Under the pieces are notes generated by a model that worked only from the letters and a program-made list of their open reading frames with translations, made no database searches and had not been told where the DNA came from. DNA of 64,000 bases from assembly GCA_964016885.1 (NCBI GenBank), contig OZ024740.1, positions 205,716,001 through 205,780,000 of the forward strand, written 5' to 3'. Source of the DNA: Eledone cirrhosa. Taxonomy: Eukaryota. Positions 37,501 through 50,134 of this stretch are shown piece after piece (the stretch's first letter is position 1; each line of letters starts with the position of its first letter). Made by a program: the position numbers and the translations under genes.

Positions 37501-39919
37501 TCAGTAACAGAGAAGACCCGCCTTACCTAAATACATAGTAAAACCTACTACAGCCAGTAGGCATCTCTAACAAAATACCCCCCCGTCCCACCACCACCAC
37601 CCCCACCCCATCCATACCACCCCGTTCTATGTAAAGTTATGTTGGTGCCACAACATCCAGGCCGAAACAAATGAGATCGTGTAGGTGTCACGACAAAAAA
37701 AAACACAGTCCACGCTGTAATGTGGCCGTGTAGGCAACACGGTAAAAACCTCCCAGACCCACACTGTAAATGTGGTTGGTGTTAGGAAGGGCATCCAGCT
37801 GTAGAAAACCTGCCAGACAGTCCTATGCGAGCAAGACAATCACTCTTGCCTCAAGTGGGACTACCCCCGTCCAAACCCATGCAAGCGTGGAACACGGACG
37901 TTACACGTTGATGATGATGATGATGATGATGATGTATATATACAGAGCCCCCAAGAGAAATTTTGCAAGACAGTAACAAGACCCCTTTGGGGCATGAAGC
38001 AGGCAAAGGTTTTTCTCAAAATGAATGTTGCATGGTTGTTGTGGGCCTTCTTAGCTCTTGGGCCCCAGAACAAAGTACCGGCTCCCCCCGCCTCTCATAG
38101 GCCCTGCATATATATATATCAAGGCCATCATCACCATTTAACGTCCATTTTTCCATGCTAGCATGGGTTGAGAAATAAGCCAGGTCAGATGGCCAGGCTT
38201 ATTACAGACTGATTTTGGCTCGGTTTCTACGGCTGGATGCCCTTCTTAACCACATGTAATGGATACGTATTCTTTGTATGGTAGTTGATGAAAAGAATAA
38301 TGCCAGGATTGTGTTGTTAACATGTTTATTTTATAATAACAATATTCGATTTGAACATCGGATAATAAAATTTATGACATGAAAATATCAGTACATTAAA
38401 TTATTAGCTGCTACAAGCTACCGTGAATGCATGTATCAGAGAAGACAATGATGTAAAATTTGTGTTGTGTCCTTGCAGATACAATATGACAGGAAGAATA
38501 GGATGAGAGTATAATGCAAACAATATGAACTTACTATGTGTGTGTGCCTAATTAGATTAGATTATTCTCATAGTAGTAGTGGTCAATCTGTCAGGCAGGC
38601 ATGGCTGGCTGGCTGTCTGGCTGTGTCGTTTGTCGAGAAGGTAGAAGCCAGTAAGGGCCAGGACAGAGAAAGGGTAAACAGTGGTACTGATGCCTACATC
38701 GCTTATCGCTTGCTGACTGCCGCTTTGAGTCTGTTCCTTGGGTTCCTTAACTCCTTGTATTTATAATAAGTGCTAAAGTTAGAAGGATGGATATATGAGG
38801 TTGATTTATGATCAGCCCTGTGGTTATCGTCTCCCAAGAAGTTGGGTCACAGGTCAAGTGGAATGTACATTTATCATCGTTGTTTTGACAAGACAATGGT
38901 GAGAACTTCCAATGATAGATTGTCCAGAGGCGAGAAAGCTCAGATTCGGTTTCGAATCTTCGCCGGTAAAACATAGGAGTATTCCATTATACACATTTAC
39001 AGTGTGTGCTGGGTGATTTTGTTGTGTCACCTACACAACCACTTACAGTTTTGGCTAGGGATTTTGGTAGCGGAGGTGGGTATAGGGGTATGTGTAAGTG
39101 GCTGAGTGTTAAGAGATGGGTGGAGGTGTCAGGACGTGGGAGGTGTATGGAAGGGGAGATGGAGTTGAAGTTGGTGCATACAAGATGTATGGTTCAACCT
39201 GTGCTCATGGGAAGGCGGGTTTTCTATATTACTGGTATAACGCCAGAGATCCTGGTCCTGTGTCATCGCCTTTGCGAGGTGCAATTGTACATGGTCAGTT
39301 TTTATCACCTCATCCCGAGTCTTCCTGGGTCTTCCTACTCCATAGCTTCCATCAACTTTGAGAGCTGTGCACCTTTTTATAAGCTGTCATTCTATCTCGT
39401 CCTCTGGTAAGGATAACATTTCTGACTAGCATGTTCACCAGATCTATAGGTGATTAGGTGGTTGTTGGGTTTTTTGAAGTTGTGTTACATATTGATAGAT
39501 CATTGGCATCACAGAATCTAGGAGCCTGACACCTTCATTTCTTGGAGTGAACAGTTAAATGTAAAATTGTTTTCTACAATCACCTTGTGTTAATCAAAGC
39601 ATTGTTAATGAAATTTAGTAAAGAGAAACTGTGTGGAAACCTGTTGGAAAAACTGTCCTTGATCTTGGGTGGTAGACTTAATTTGTCACCCAGTTTAACA
39701 CCACAATCTGATCTTTCTGTGTCTCTACCCCATTCTGAGCATTTGAACCAAATCCTCTGTCTGAAGATAACTTCCTTCCTTCCTCCCACCAATCTTGGAG
39801 GTCTTGAAAAGGCTCATGAATTCTGATCTTCTGTCTTCTCTGTGGACAAGAAAGTGAGAAACATGAACTTTTCTCCTCCTCCTCCTCCTCCTCATCATCA
39901 TCATCATCATCATAATCAT

Positions 39920-39967
<48 letters not shown>

Positions 39968-41687
39968 AATAATCATCATCACCACCACTACCACCACCAC
40001 CATCACCACCATCATCATCACCACTATCATCATCATTATCATTATCACTACCATCACCACCACCACCGTCATCATCATCATCATGTGTATGTTGAATTCT
40101 CAGCCACTTGCATGTTAATTCATGAGTTGGATGTTCAGTTGATTAAACAACTGAATGTTCATCATCAAAAATAGTGGAGGATCTACCACCACACCACCAT
40201 CACCACCACACCACCACCACCACCACCACACAATCACCTCCACCACCACCACCACCATCACCACCACCACACCACCACCACCACCACCACCATCACCATA
40301 CCACCATCACCACACCACCATCACCACCACCACCACCACCACCACCACCATCACCACACCACCATCACCACCACCACCACACAATCACCTCCACCACCAC
40401 CACCACCATCACCACCACCACCACACCACCACCACCACCACCACCATCACCATACCACCATCACCACACCACCATCACCACCACCACCACAAACCACCAC
40501 ACAATCACCTCCAACACCACCACCACCATCACCAGAATCATCATCAACAACTGTGTTCTCATCGTCAAAAGCAGTGGAGGATCTATGACCACCAGTTATA
40601 TACTAGGGTACACGATTTAATACAAATTAATCAAATATATTTCTCCGGGAGGGTTTCTGTAAATTTTCGGTTCATTTCTCTAGGAAATTCTTCCCTAATC
40701 TAATCCACATCTTTATATTACAGTTTGAAGGAGCCTTCAGGGCAAATTCTTGGAGATAACAGATAAAATAAGACAGGTAAGAAATTTATTCAAGCATTTT
40801 CAATATCTTTTTACTTTCTTTACAATTAAATAAATTGTATGTATTTGGTTTAGGATATCATCATCATCATCATCATCCAGTTTTTGATAATGCAGAACAC
40901 AATCCCTAAGTAGGGGTAGATCCTGCCTGACAGTGCTCCTTAGTGTCCTGCTCCATGTGTTTCTGTCCGCCAGTCTCACTTAGGCCAGGCCAAGCCTAGC
41001 TTGATCTTGACGGACATTCTCCATCCAAGTCCTTTTTGGTCTTTGTGGGCCTCTACTGCTTAGGATCAGATCAGATCAGACTAGATAAGACTGGGTTGAA
41101 TCAGACCAGTTTGGATTGGATCAGACTGGCCTTGATTAGACTGGACCACATCAGTCCAGACAGGATCAGATAAGATCACTCAATACTGGATCATACCAGA
41201 TCTTATCAAACCGGATCAGATCAGGACCGTACTGGATTGGACAAGATTGGATTGTTCTTGGACCAGATTGGGCTGGATCAGGTCATACCAGGTCAAATTG
41301 GACTGGATTAGATCGGATCAAATCATACCCGTTCAGTCATGACCAGATCAGATTGCTCTGAATCAAATCAGGCTGGATTGGATCTGACCACATTGAATAG
41401 GAGCAAACCATGTCAGACCAGATTAGTTTAAATCAGACTGAATCAGATCAAACCAAACCAGATCATACTGGATCAGATCAGATTATACCGGATAGAACAA
41501 GATTGTTCCAGACCATTGGATCGGATCACACAGGACTGAATCAGACTCGATCAGACCAGATTGGGATCAGACATGATCAGTCAAGACCGGGTCAAATCAG
41601 ACTGTACTGGATTAGACCAGACTTGATCAAATCGGAATCTGACTGAATTAGACAACACCAGATCAGGCCAGACCGGATCTGATCAGA

Positions 41688-41724
<37 letters not shown>

Positions 41725-44206
41725 AAAGTATGTCCATAGAATCATTTGATAAAATATATACATTATTTCCTCTCCCAATCAGCATAATCAACCACACAAA
41801 AAAAACAATTAAACAGGGCTATAAGATTAAAAGGTACCCATAAAGAAACAATAAATAAATAAACGATAGCTATCTATCCGCGATCAACAGCCATAGAATA
41901 TTTACCCAGCATTTCTAATAGCCCGTGGAAATCGATTAGATATATCATCAACCATACACAATTAGGTACAAAATCAAAGTTAGAAGAAAAAATGTGTATA
42001 AGCATACCAAAATTATGTTTCTACCCCATGAGGTTTCATTCGCTTTTTGGAAATATCCGATCAAGGATAAATTCACGAGTTTCGAAATCATCAGGAAACA
42101 AACTCAATTGGACCAAGATTTTTCCTTAAATGATCCCCGCCAGAAACGAATTCAAAATGGCTAAGAACTGTGACGTAGCCAGTGGTCAAGTCAGAAAGAA
42201 TGTGATTGGTGCCTTACGGCGATATATATATATATCAGTGGCAAAGGGTAACCTGGAAAGCAGGGCATGCAGTCCAATCGCCATGGCGGAAAGTGGGGCT
42301 GTGCACTCTTAACCCCCCCCCCCCCCCTACCCCATTCCCTCTAAATGACCCTCCTGGTCAAAGCTGCATGTAGTGTTATCTAGTGTGTGTGTGTGTGTGT
42401 TATCTTTTTATGTGTCTACGATTTAGTAAGCAGCCAAAATTCTGCTTGCTTCAACCGACGCAATTGATCAACTCAAGATTCTATAACGCATGCATGCACC
42501 CTTCGCCCCTGATATATATATAGCTATAGGTACACAAAAGATGTAGTGGGGTCACATGCAGGCTATCAAATAATGTAGGTTTTATATGCGACTCATGCAC
42601 ATGACCGGCAAAGCGTAAATGAACTGAGGGAAAAACTGGGCATAAGAGGGGATCAGATGTAGTGTGTAAGAGAGGAGATTGCGTTGGTATGGACATGTAA
42701 TGTATATGAAGGATGACAGCTGTATAAAAAGGTGCATGGCGATCAAAATTGATGGACACTATGGAGTAGCAAGACCTGGGATGAGGTGATAACAGCTGAC
42801 CTTGCAAATCTCACCTCTTGAAGCAATGACATAGGATTGACATCCTTGGTGTTATACAGAAGATCCTCCTTCCCATGTGTACAGGTTGAAGCATGCATCT
42901 AGTATGCATCACTTAACATCTTTCCTCTTTTCCCATTCCATTCTCCTCCCATGCCCTAATACTCCATCAACATAACATCCTAATCACCCCACCCTTCTCC
43001 CACCCCCTTACACCCCCTGCCCCAGTCCACACTGTAAAGTTGTTGTGTTGGTATCATGACAAAAATCACCCAGCCTACACTGTAAAATGATTGTGTAGGT
43101 GTCATGACAAAAAGCACCCAGCTCACACTGTAAATGGGGTTGGCATAAGGCAGAGCATCCAGCTGTAGAAACCAAGCCAGGAATAGTTCTGTATGAGCAA
43201 GACACGGTCACCTGATCTGCCTTAAATGGGACAATCTGTCTAAATCTAGCATGGAAAATGATGATGATGACGATACGTTTTGGGGGTTGTGAATGTCCAT
43301 GTCTCTAGCTATGTGATATTTTCTGATGCCTTCTACAAACCTGGACATGGTTGGGTCATATGTTGAGGAAGGATGAAATTGACTGGATGAGGAGGGAATG
43401 AAATTAATGTGGAAGGAAGTAGAGGAAGAGGAATACCCCACCAAAAAAATACATGACTAAAGATTATAGAGGATGAAACAAGGCCAAGGTTTGGTGGAGG
43501 GTTTGCAGATGATAGGGCAAAATAGAGAAGCTTATCATGTGGTCTACTCTAACGGGGGAAATGGCCTTCAAATGCCTGTTATTGTTGTTGCTGTTCATCT
43601 TACAAAAGATCTGAAAAGATTAGTCATTTTTTCAGGTTCCAAAACTCCAGAGTGGATTCACTGTTTTTATTTCAAACAATAAAGGACATTTGCTTGAAGG
43701 TGTAAAGCGCTCAAATAGTTCACCATGGGGAAATTTCGTTAACACTTGGGATCTACCTCTAAGAATACCAGGTAAATAATATTTTTATTACCATTACCAT
43801 TCCATAACTAAAAAAGTTAATGTCTTTTTTGAGCTTAGAGGTCCATTAAGCTAGAGCTTATCTTTGTTTTATAGGCATTCACCCCTTCTATTGTTGTCAC
43901 TGCTAGTACACATTTTCAACTGAGTGAACATGCCACCTCGTCTGTGAATTGAATCCATGAATTTACAGCTATAAGCACATCACAACCACCAGGGCATGCA
44001 TCTTCACATTACTGTTATCTATTTATATTTACTGAAATTTATTAAGTATCATCATTAATCATCATTTCCGTTTAGCGTCAATTCTTCCATGCTTGCATGC
44101 GTTAGACAGGTTGGCCATGGTTGGCCATGCCGCACCTTGCTCTGGCGAGGATTATAAAATTGGCCCTTGCCAGAGTAAGTTGCGACATGGCCAGACTTAC
44201 TTCCCG

Positions 44207-44261
<55 letters not shown>

Positions 44262-47200
44262 GCATACATTGTATTTAAAATTGAGTGACACAACATCAAG
44301 TGATTAGCAATTTTTAGACACTCTAATCAATGAAACAATTGTTAATACTGTAAGTAAAACCCTTTTTGTACTGTTGACAATGTTATTCTTCACTCTTTCA
44401 CTATATATATAAACCCATGCTAGCGTGGAAGATAGACGTTAAACGATGATGATAATGATGATATATATATATATACCTATATATGTGGCTACCACGTTGA
44501 TGATGGATGACTTGCATAATGTTGAGTGTTGGTATATATATATATATATGATGTACTGAAAGGGCTAGCGTCCCTGTTATAAAAATATCAAAGAAACCTC
44601 TTATGAGAAGAAACCACATAGGAGGCTATTGAAACCTATAAGTGAAGGAACAGTTTCTTAAAAATGAACCTCAAAGACACCGCAATTATTTATCAAAAAG
44701 GGTGTTAGGCTCCCAATCATAAGGTCATGAGTTTGATTGTCAAACTAGGCAATTGCATTGTGTCCTTGATCAAGACACTTTATTTCATGTTCCTCCAATC
44801 CATTTAACTGAAAATAAGTACCATAGGCAGCTGCTGAGGATTAGCTTTATGATGGACAGACATCCTCCTATTTTGTGCTCTCTGTCACTTATTGCCAATG
44901 AATCTTTCCTATCCAAACAAGCATGAAGAAAGAGATGTAAAACAATAACTTATTTAAACACCACAGGAAGGAGTATTACACCTTAAATTTTTTGTATTTT
45001 TTTTTTTTTATCTAAAAAAAAATATTCATAATTAATTATGGTTGCTTCACAGGTAATTCCTGCCTGAATTCAACTTCTCGGAGACTTTCATCAGCAAACC
45101 ATTTGAGCAGAATAAGGGAAAATTTTCACAGGGGAGTTGAAGACCATATAATTCAATCTGCTGTAAGAAAGCTTTCAAAATGAAAGACTTATTCTTATAT
45201 TATTTTGTTGGTTTCAGTCATTTGCAGTTTCTAATGAAAAAAATGATAGTTATATCCACAGTAAAGTTTCCTCACACAGACCTGCCAACCTCTAAAAACT
45301 AAAACGGGGAGAAATGAGGCAAAATGGCGAGATTTTACATAATAAAAATTATACCTATTTTCACAAGAGAAGACATCTCATCCACCTCAAAGGCTATTGC
45401 AAATCTCCACGTCAGATGGGGAGAGGTGACAGGTCTGCTCACATCCTTTAGAATAAGCTGCATTCTTCAATAAATATTTATTATTTAATTATGTTGTCAA
45501 ATATATGTACATTATACAAATTTGACTGGCCATTTCAGATATAGTTGACATCCTGCTTGACATATATAAAGTTGTTTCTATGGTAAGATTCTTCTGTGTA
45601 CAGAATTATAAGGGTTATTATCTTCTGATGTGGGGACACAAATCTCTGAAATGCATAAAGGTAATATCTTATGTTTTTCTGTGTACAGAGAAATATTTTA
45701 AATTCTTTACACTTCATATTTCATTCTTTTCACGGCAAAGGCTTCTAATTTGAAAGCTGTGGTTCTAACTACATTGATCTACAATAAATCTTCTAATATC
45801 TGCTGTTTTAGTATAAATATCTATTATATCATCATCATCATCACCATTTTATATCTGTTTTCCACTCTGGGTTGGGTTAGATGGATTGTCACTTTCTGAG
45901 ACTAGATAAGTTGGATAACCACATCCTGTTCATACATTCCATTTTGGCATGGTTTCTGTAGCATGGATGTCCTTCCTAATGCCAACCAGTTTACAGGGTG
46001 TACTGGTTTCATTTTATCATGGCTGAGCACTTCAGGTTTAGGGGGGGCCCCCCTCACACACAAAAAAATTAGAATACACAGCAAACCCCCCAATTTTACA
46101 TATCAAAGTTAGCTTGGAACAAGTAATTGGAATTAAAAAGTTATGGAGGCACATGGCTTAGTGGTTAGAGCATTGGCCTTGCAATCGAAAGGTTGTGAGT
46201 TCAATTCTCAGACCGGGTGATGTGTTGTTTCCTTGAGCAAGACACTTTATTTCACATTGCTCCAGTTTACTCAGCTGTAGAAATGAGATGATAGGGGCAG
46301 GGGTCCCTATCATTCCACTGCAAAGTGGTCGTGGAGGTGCCACGGCAAAAAAGCACCCAGCACTCACTGTAAATGAGGTTGGTGTTAGGAAGGGCATCCA
46401 GCTGTAGAAATCAAGCCAGAATCAGTTCCTGTCCCACCCTTGCAAGCAGGGAAAAAGCGGACGTAAAATGAAAATGAATACAGGTATTAAATTCTAAAAT
46501 TCTAACTATCCTAAAACTAAAAAAGCACAGCTGAGGGCACATATAAATTGCGCTACAGTTGTTGCTTGTGGGGCCCCCCACTGCAGGGGACCCAGGGCAA
46601 TTGCCCCTTTGACCCCCCCCCCCCCCCCTTAAATCCAGCCCTGGCTATATGATCTGTATAGATTCAGAACATGACAAACCATTTAACCCTTGCAAGCATG
46701 GAAAATAGACATAAAATGATGATGATTATAATAATAATAATCATCATCATCATCATCGTTTAACGTCCGTTTTACCATACTAGCATGGGTTAGACAAGTT
46801 GTCCTGTTGTGAGACAGCCAGGTTGGAGGACTGTGTATTGCTCACTTAGAACTGATTTTGGCTTGGTTTCTACAGCTGGATGCCCTTCCTAATGCCAACC
46901 ACTTTACAGTGTGTGCTGGGCATTTTTTGTTGTGACACCTACACAACCACTGTACAGTGTGTGCCTGGCACTTTTTGTCATGACAACTATATGACCACTG
47001 TACAGTGTGTGCTGGGCACTTTTTGTCATGACACCTACACGACCATGTTACAGTGTGTGCTGGGCACTTTTTGTCATGACACCTACACAACCACTGTACA
47101 GTGTGTGCTGGGCATTTTTTGTCGTGACAACTACATGACCACTTTACAGTGTTTGCTGAGGCTTTTTGTCATGGCTCCAGGATGGTTGCTTTATGGTGTG

Positions 47201-47680
47201 GATTGGGGACTTGGGTGGGAGGATGTATGGGGCATTGGGGATTGGAGTATATATAGGGATGGGGTGATTACATATTTTACATATTTTGTAATGTGTGTGT
47301 GAAGCAATTCATTAGTATGGTATTATATTTTTTTGTTATAGTCTTCATTAAGAAATATGAAAATAAGAAAGAAAGATATACCTAACCAAGAAGCTGCTCC
47401 TGCAAAGGACTTTTCTCCTTCTCTTGTAACAACTCATAGAAGTCCGCATGAAAACAATGAAGAAGAGGAAATAAAACAAAATACAGCTGATCAAAAACCA
47501 ACTGCATCTCTCCCGTCTGCTACTTCCATTGCTAAACCTATGACTCCAAACAACCTCGAGGTACGAGAATCAAAACCTGGATCTGGCCAGTCTGTCGATG
47601 AAACTCAGACTGTTATTTCAAAGCCTGTGTCACCAAATCCCGGGGAGAGACCAGAATCAAAATCTTCTTCTGTTCAGTAA
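34401..47680 (+). CDS. CFAP126: Flattop / cilia- and flagella-associated protein 126, 5 exons; exon 2 is frameshifted in this sequence
   Basis: Exons 34401-34427, 40724-40776, 43636-43771, 45053-45162 and 47342-47680. Motifs MSRQFNANQ-FEGAF and FISNNKGHLLEGVKRSNSSPWGNFVNTWDLPLRIP match the Flattop family pattern (ANQYEKAF...IANDRGHLL...SPWG.F.GTW..P..IP). Pro/Ser-rich C-terminus; AATAAA at 47840-47845. Confidence 0.9.
34515..35910 (+). mobile_element. Penelope-like retroelement (Neptune-like), 5'-truncated: RT plus GIY-YIG endonuclease, two frameshifts
   Basis: QKSGTAMGTKTAP/TYANL, WKRYLDD, LPFLDI, TDIYYKPTD; C-x4-C-x2-C linker; NLIYVLTCSGCREQYIGRT GIY-YIG motif; starts in (TA)n; lies in CFAP126 intron 1. 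Confidence 0.95.
35931..36392. mobile_element. PLE pseudo-LTR relic with 181-bp inverted arms, family C
   Basis: Arms at 36018-36198 and 36212-36392 (one mismatch seen); tail 35931-36017; (TA)n flanks. Confidence 0.85.
36285..36348 (+). ncRNA. Minimal type-I hammerhead ribozyme, family C (mirror copy on minus strand at 36062-36125)
   Basis: AUUUUGU-CUGAGGA-AGG..CAUAUU(GUU)AAUAUG..CCCC-GAAA-UAUAUAU-A-AUGAAAU. Confidence 0.75.
37290..37934 (+). mobile_element. RTE LINE 3' fragment with (GAT)n tail
   Basis: Closely similar to 21520-22268. Confidence 0.92.
38127..39395 (-). mobile_element. RTE LINE 3' fragment interrupted by a solo LTR
   Basis: The 3'UTR motif gatgcccttc..aaccaca/tttacagtgtg is split by 38255-38991. 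Confidence 0.75.
38255..38991 (-). mobile_element. Solo LTR (737 bp, Gypsy-like)
   Basis: Termini TGTAATGGA...TCCATTATA; 4-bp TSD CACA; cleanly splits an RTE 3'UTR; TATAAA and AATAAA on the minus strand. Confidence 0.82.
39874..40548. repeat. (CCT)/(CAT)/(CAC)n compound microsatellites
   Basis: Visible directly; two blocks separated by a short SINE-like piece. Confidence 0.95.
40724..40776 (+). CDS. CFAP126: CFAP126 exon 2 (53 nt, frame-breaking)
   Basis: Acceptor ttacag, then FEGAFRANSW, and after a shift EITDKIRQ, donor gtaaga. Length is not a multiple of 3 between two phase-0 introns. Confidence 0.75.
41063..41690. repeat. Degenerate (GATCA/GACCA)n pentanucleotide satellite
   Basis: 5-bp periodicity, e.g. 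gatcagatcagatcagactagataagactg. Confidence 0.88.
42525..43272 (+). mobile_element. Degenerate RTE LINE 3' fragment
   Basis: gagattgcgttggtatggacatg; 3'UTR and (GAT)n. Confidence 0.8.
43636..43771 (+). CDS. CFAP126: CFAP126 exon 3
   Basis: Acceptor tttcag; VPKLQSGFTVFISNNKGHLLEGVKRSNSSPWGNFVNTWDLPLRIP(G); donor gtaaat. Confidence 0.93.
45053..45162 (+). CDS. CFAP126: CFAP126 exon 4
   Basis: Acceptor tcacag; (G)NSCLNSTSRRLSSANHLSRIRENFHRGVEDHIIQSA; donor gtaaga; phase fits exons 3 and 5. Confidence 0.82.
46741..47260 (-). mobile_element. RTE 3'UTR fragment with about five 48-bp repeats
   Basis: (CAT)n tail, ctggatgcccttcctaatgccaacc motif, repeats at 46897-47170. Confidence 0.85.
47342..47680 (+). 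CDS. CFAP126: CFAP126 exon 5 (terminal)
   Basis: Acceptor ttatag; SSLRNMKIRKK...SKSSSVQ then TAA; in frame with ORF 47357-47680; AATAAA downstream. Confidence 0.85.
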   Translation, partial: SSLRNMKIRKKDIPNQEAAPAKDFSPSLVTTHRSPHENNEEEEIKQNTADQKPTASLPSATSIAKPMTPNNLEVRESKPGSGQSVDETQTVISKPVSPNPGERPESKSSSVQ

Positions 47681-48744
47681 CCATCTGTAAATGATCTTGA
47701 TAAACATTTAGCTTAAACTGCCATTTATTGCCGAAAAGCTTTGAAAATATATTTTATGTGATTTCCATGATTTATTCAACCACAAACTCTTCATGAATTG
47801 ACTGTACTGTATTGCATATTGTATTTGACATATTCTATCAATAAAAGCCATATTCTAATCAAATATTTTTTCTGATATTTTTCTCTTCTAAAATAATGTC
47901 ACCTGACATAAAGTTCTCAGGTAGTTGAAGTGATGATTGGTGAAGGAGGAGGGGGTGTTGTAGAGGTAATAAGACAGTATATGGCTGTGAAACATATACA
48001 GATACACCAGGTCCAAACACAAAGGAACCAAACTCCCACTGTCACTGCCTCCGTCTCTCCTGCTCTCTCCATCTCTCTATTATGAGCAAATGGGGGGCCC
48101 ACGTGCTGGCCGCCCCACGGCCCCAGTGAACAGAATAGAGAAGGCGAAGTTGTAACATGGATTTCAGTCAAACAACAATAAATGTTTTAAGGCCATTTCC
48201 CTACTAAAGCAGGGGTTAGCTTTGCTGGCTTCATGAAAAATTTCTCTATTTTGTCCTATCCTTTATATCTCCTCCTCACAAACCCTTCAGGCTTTCATTT
48301 CTCCCTCCATCATCTTTAGCCACGTCTTACATGGTTTTCTCCTTCCTCTACTTCCTTCCATGTTCTATTCCATTACTTTTCTCCCCCAGTCATTTTCATT
48401 CTTTTTCAACACATGACCCAGCTCATTTGTGTGTATCTAGTTTAGAATAGGTACGGCACATCTCTGCATGTTATAACAGGCTACTAAAAGGGTTGGCAAC
48501 AGGAACAGCATCCATCCATGAAAAACATTACCCCATAAATGATCTTGTGTTTCAAGCTAGAGATGAAATTATTTCACTTTGTCTCTACCATTCATACTTT
48601 CCTCAAAAGCATGAATGGTATAGATAAATTCTGTTCAAACCAGCCATAACTGGCTGTTTATTATGATGTTAAGGTATTGTTCTCAAAATAAATAACATCA
48701 GTATCTCTCTATAGCATCTCACTCCTTCAACATCTCTGTGAGCT

Positions 48745-49325
48745 TCAGCAATTTTGGGTGAGAGGAAAATCGATTAAATCGACCCCAGTGCATTACTGGT
48801 ACTTTATTTCATCAACCCCATAAGAATGAAAGGTAAAGCTAACCTTGGCAGGATTTGAACTCAGAATGTAAAGGGCCATAACTCTATGCTGCTCACGAAG
48901 CAGGGTGTCTGACGCTCTACCAGTACTGCGAATCTACCGCCCTAAATAATAATTGTTTCTACTTTTGGCACAAGGCCAGCAATTATCCCAGTACATTACT
49001 GGTACTTTATTTTATCGACCCTGTAAGGATGAAAGGCAAAGTTAACCTCGGCGGGATTTGAACTCAGATCATAAAGGGCCGTAACTCTTTGCTGCAAAGC
49101 ATGGTGTCCGACCCTCTAAGGCACAAGGCCTGCAATTTTGGTGTGAGGGGAAAGTCAATTAAATTGACTCCAGTGCATTACTGGTACTTTATTTCATCAA
49201 TCCTATAAGAATGAAAGGTAAAGTTAACCTTGGTGGGATTTGAACTCAGAACATAAAGGGCCATAACTCTATCTGCCCATGAAGCAGGGTGTCCAACGCT
49301 CTACCGATTCTGCCAATCTACCAAC
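48745..49325 (-). mobile_element. Three tandem copies of the Meta/MESC-like SINE (further copies about 50700-50885, 56330-56510, 61030-61172, 63645-63800)
   Basis: Repeated ttatcgacccc..aaggatgaaaggcaaagttaacc..ggatttgaactcag. Confidence 0.85.
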
Positions 49326-49557
49326 CTAAATAATAATAAAATGAATATTCAAACAAAGTTTTAAAAATTATCATGGATTCTCTCCTCCTCCTTTTTTAGG
49401 TATAGATATAATATTGCTGCATGGTTAAGGGGTTTTCTTCAAACCAGTTTTGAGGATCAGTCATAAGGTGTGGTGCCATGAACATGTATCATCTACTGTA
49501 GACTTGGCTTGAACAATATCTGTTGATTGGAATTTGATCGATGGAAACTGTGTGGAG

Positions 49558-50134
49558 GTATATGTGTGTGTGTGTGTGTGTTTGTGTGCATGTGTACATG
49601 TATATGTGTGTGTGTGTTTGTGAGCATGTGTACATGTATATGTGTGTGTGTGTTTGTGAGCATGTGTACATGTATATGTGTGTGTGTGTTTGTGAGCATG
49701 TGTACATGTATATGTGTGTGTGTGTTTGTGAGCATGTGTACATGTATGTGTGTGTGTGTGTTTGTGAGCATGTGTACATGTATATGTGTGTGTGTGTGTG
49801 AGCATGTGTACATGTATATGTGTGTATATGTGTGTATGTATGCGTGTGTTGTGTGCATGAGTGTGTATGTATGTGTGTGTGTGTTGTGTGCATGAGTGTG
49901 TATGTGTGTGCGTGTGTTTGTGTGCATGTATACATGTGTATGTATGTGAGCATGTGTGTTTGAGTACATGTGTATGTATGTGTGCATGTGTGTTTATGTG
50001 CATGTGTATGTGTGTGTGTGTTTGTGCACATGTACAAGTGTATGTATGTGTGTGTGCATGTGTGCATGTGTATGTGTGCATGTGCACATGTGTATATATG
50101 TGTGTGTATGCATGTGTACACGTGTATGTGTGTG
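49558..50134. repeat. (TG)-rich low-complexity minisatellite
   Basis: Repeats of tgtgagcatgtgtacatgtatatgtgtg. Confidence 0.95.

Noticed and set aside
39725-40703. His/Pro/Thr/Met-rich ORFs (the Met-rich one superficially reflectin-like)
   Set aside because: Translations of (CAT)n/(CAC)n microsatellites in CFAP126 intron 1; no reflectin motif
41410-41646. SDQ-repeat ORF
   Set aside because: Translation of the degenerate pentanucleotide satellite
42065-42105. Minus-strand CUGAUGA-UUUC-GAAAC hammerhead-like motif in a (TA)n-flanked segment
   Set aside because: No stem II and no valid UH cleavage site; at best a decayed relic
47357-47680. Stand-alone 107-aa gene
   Set aside because: Better explained as the terminal exon of CFAP126, with an acceptor at 47341
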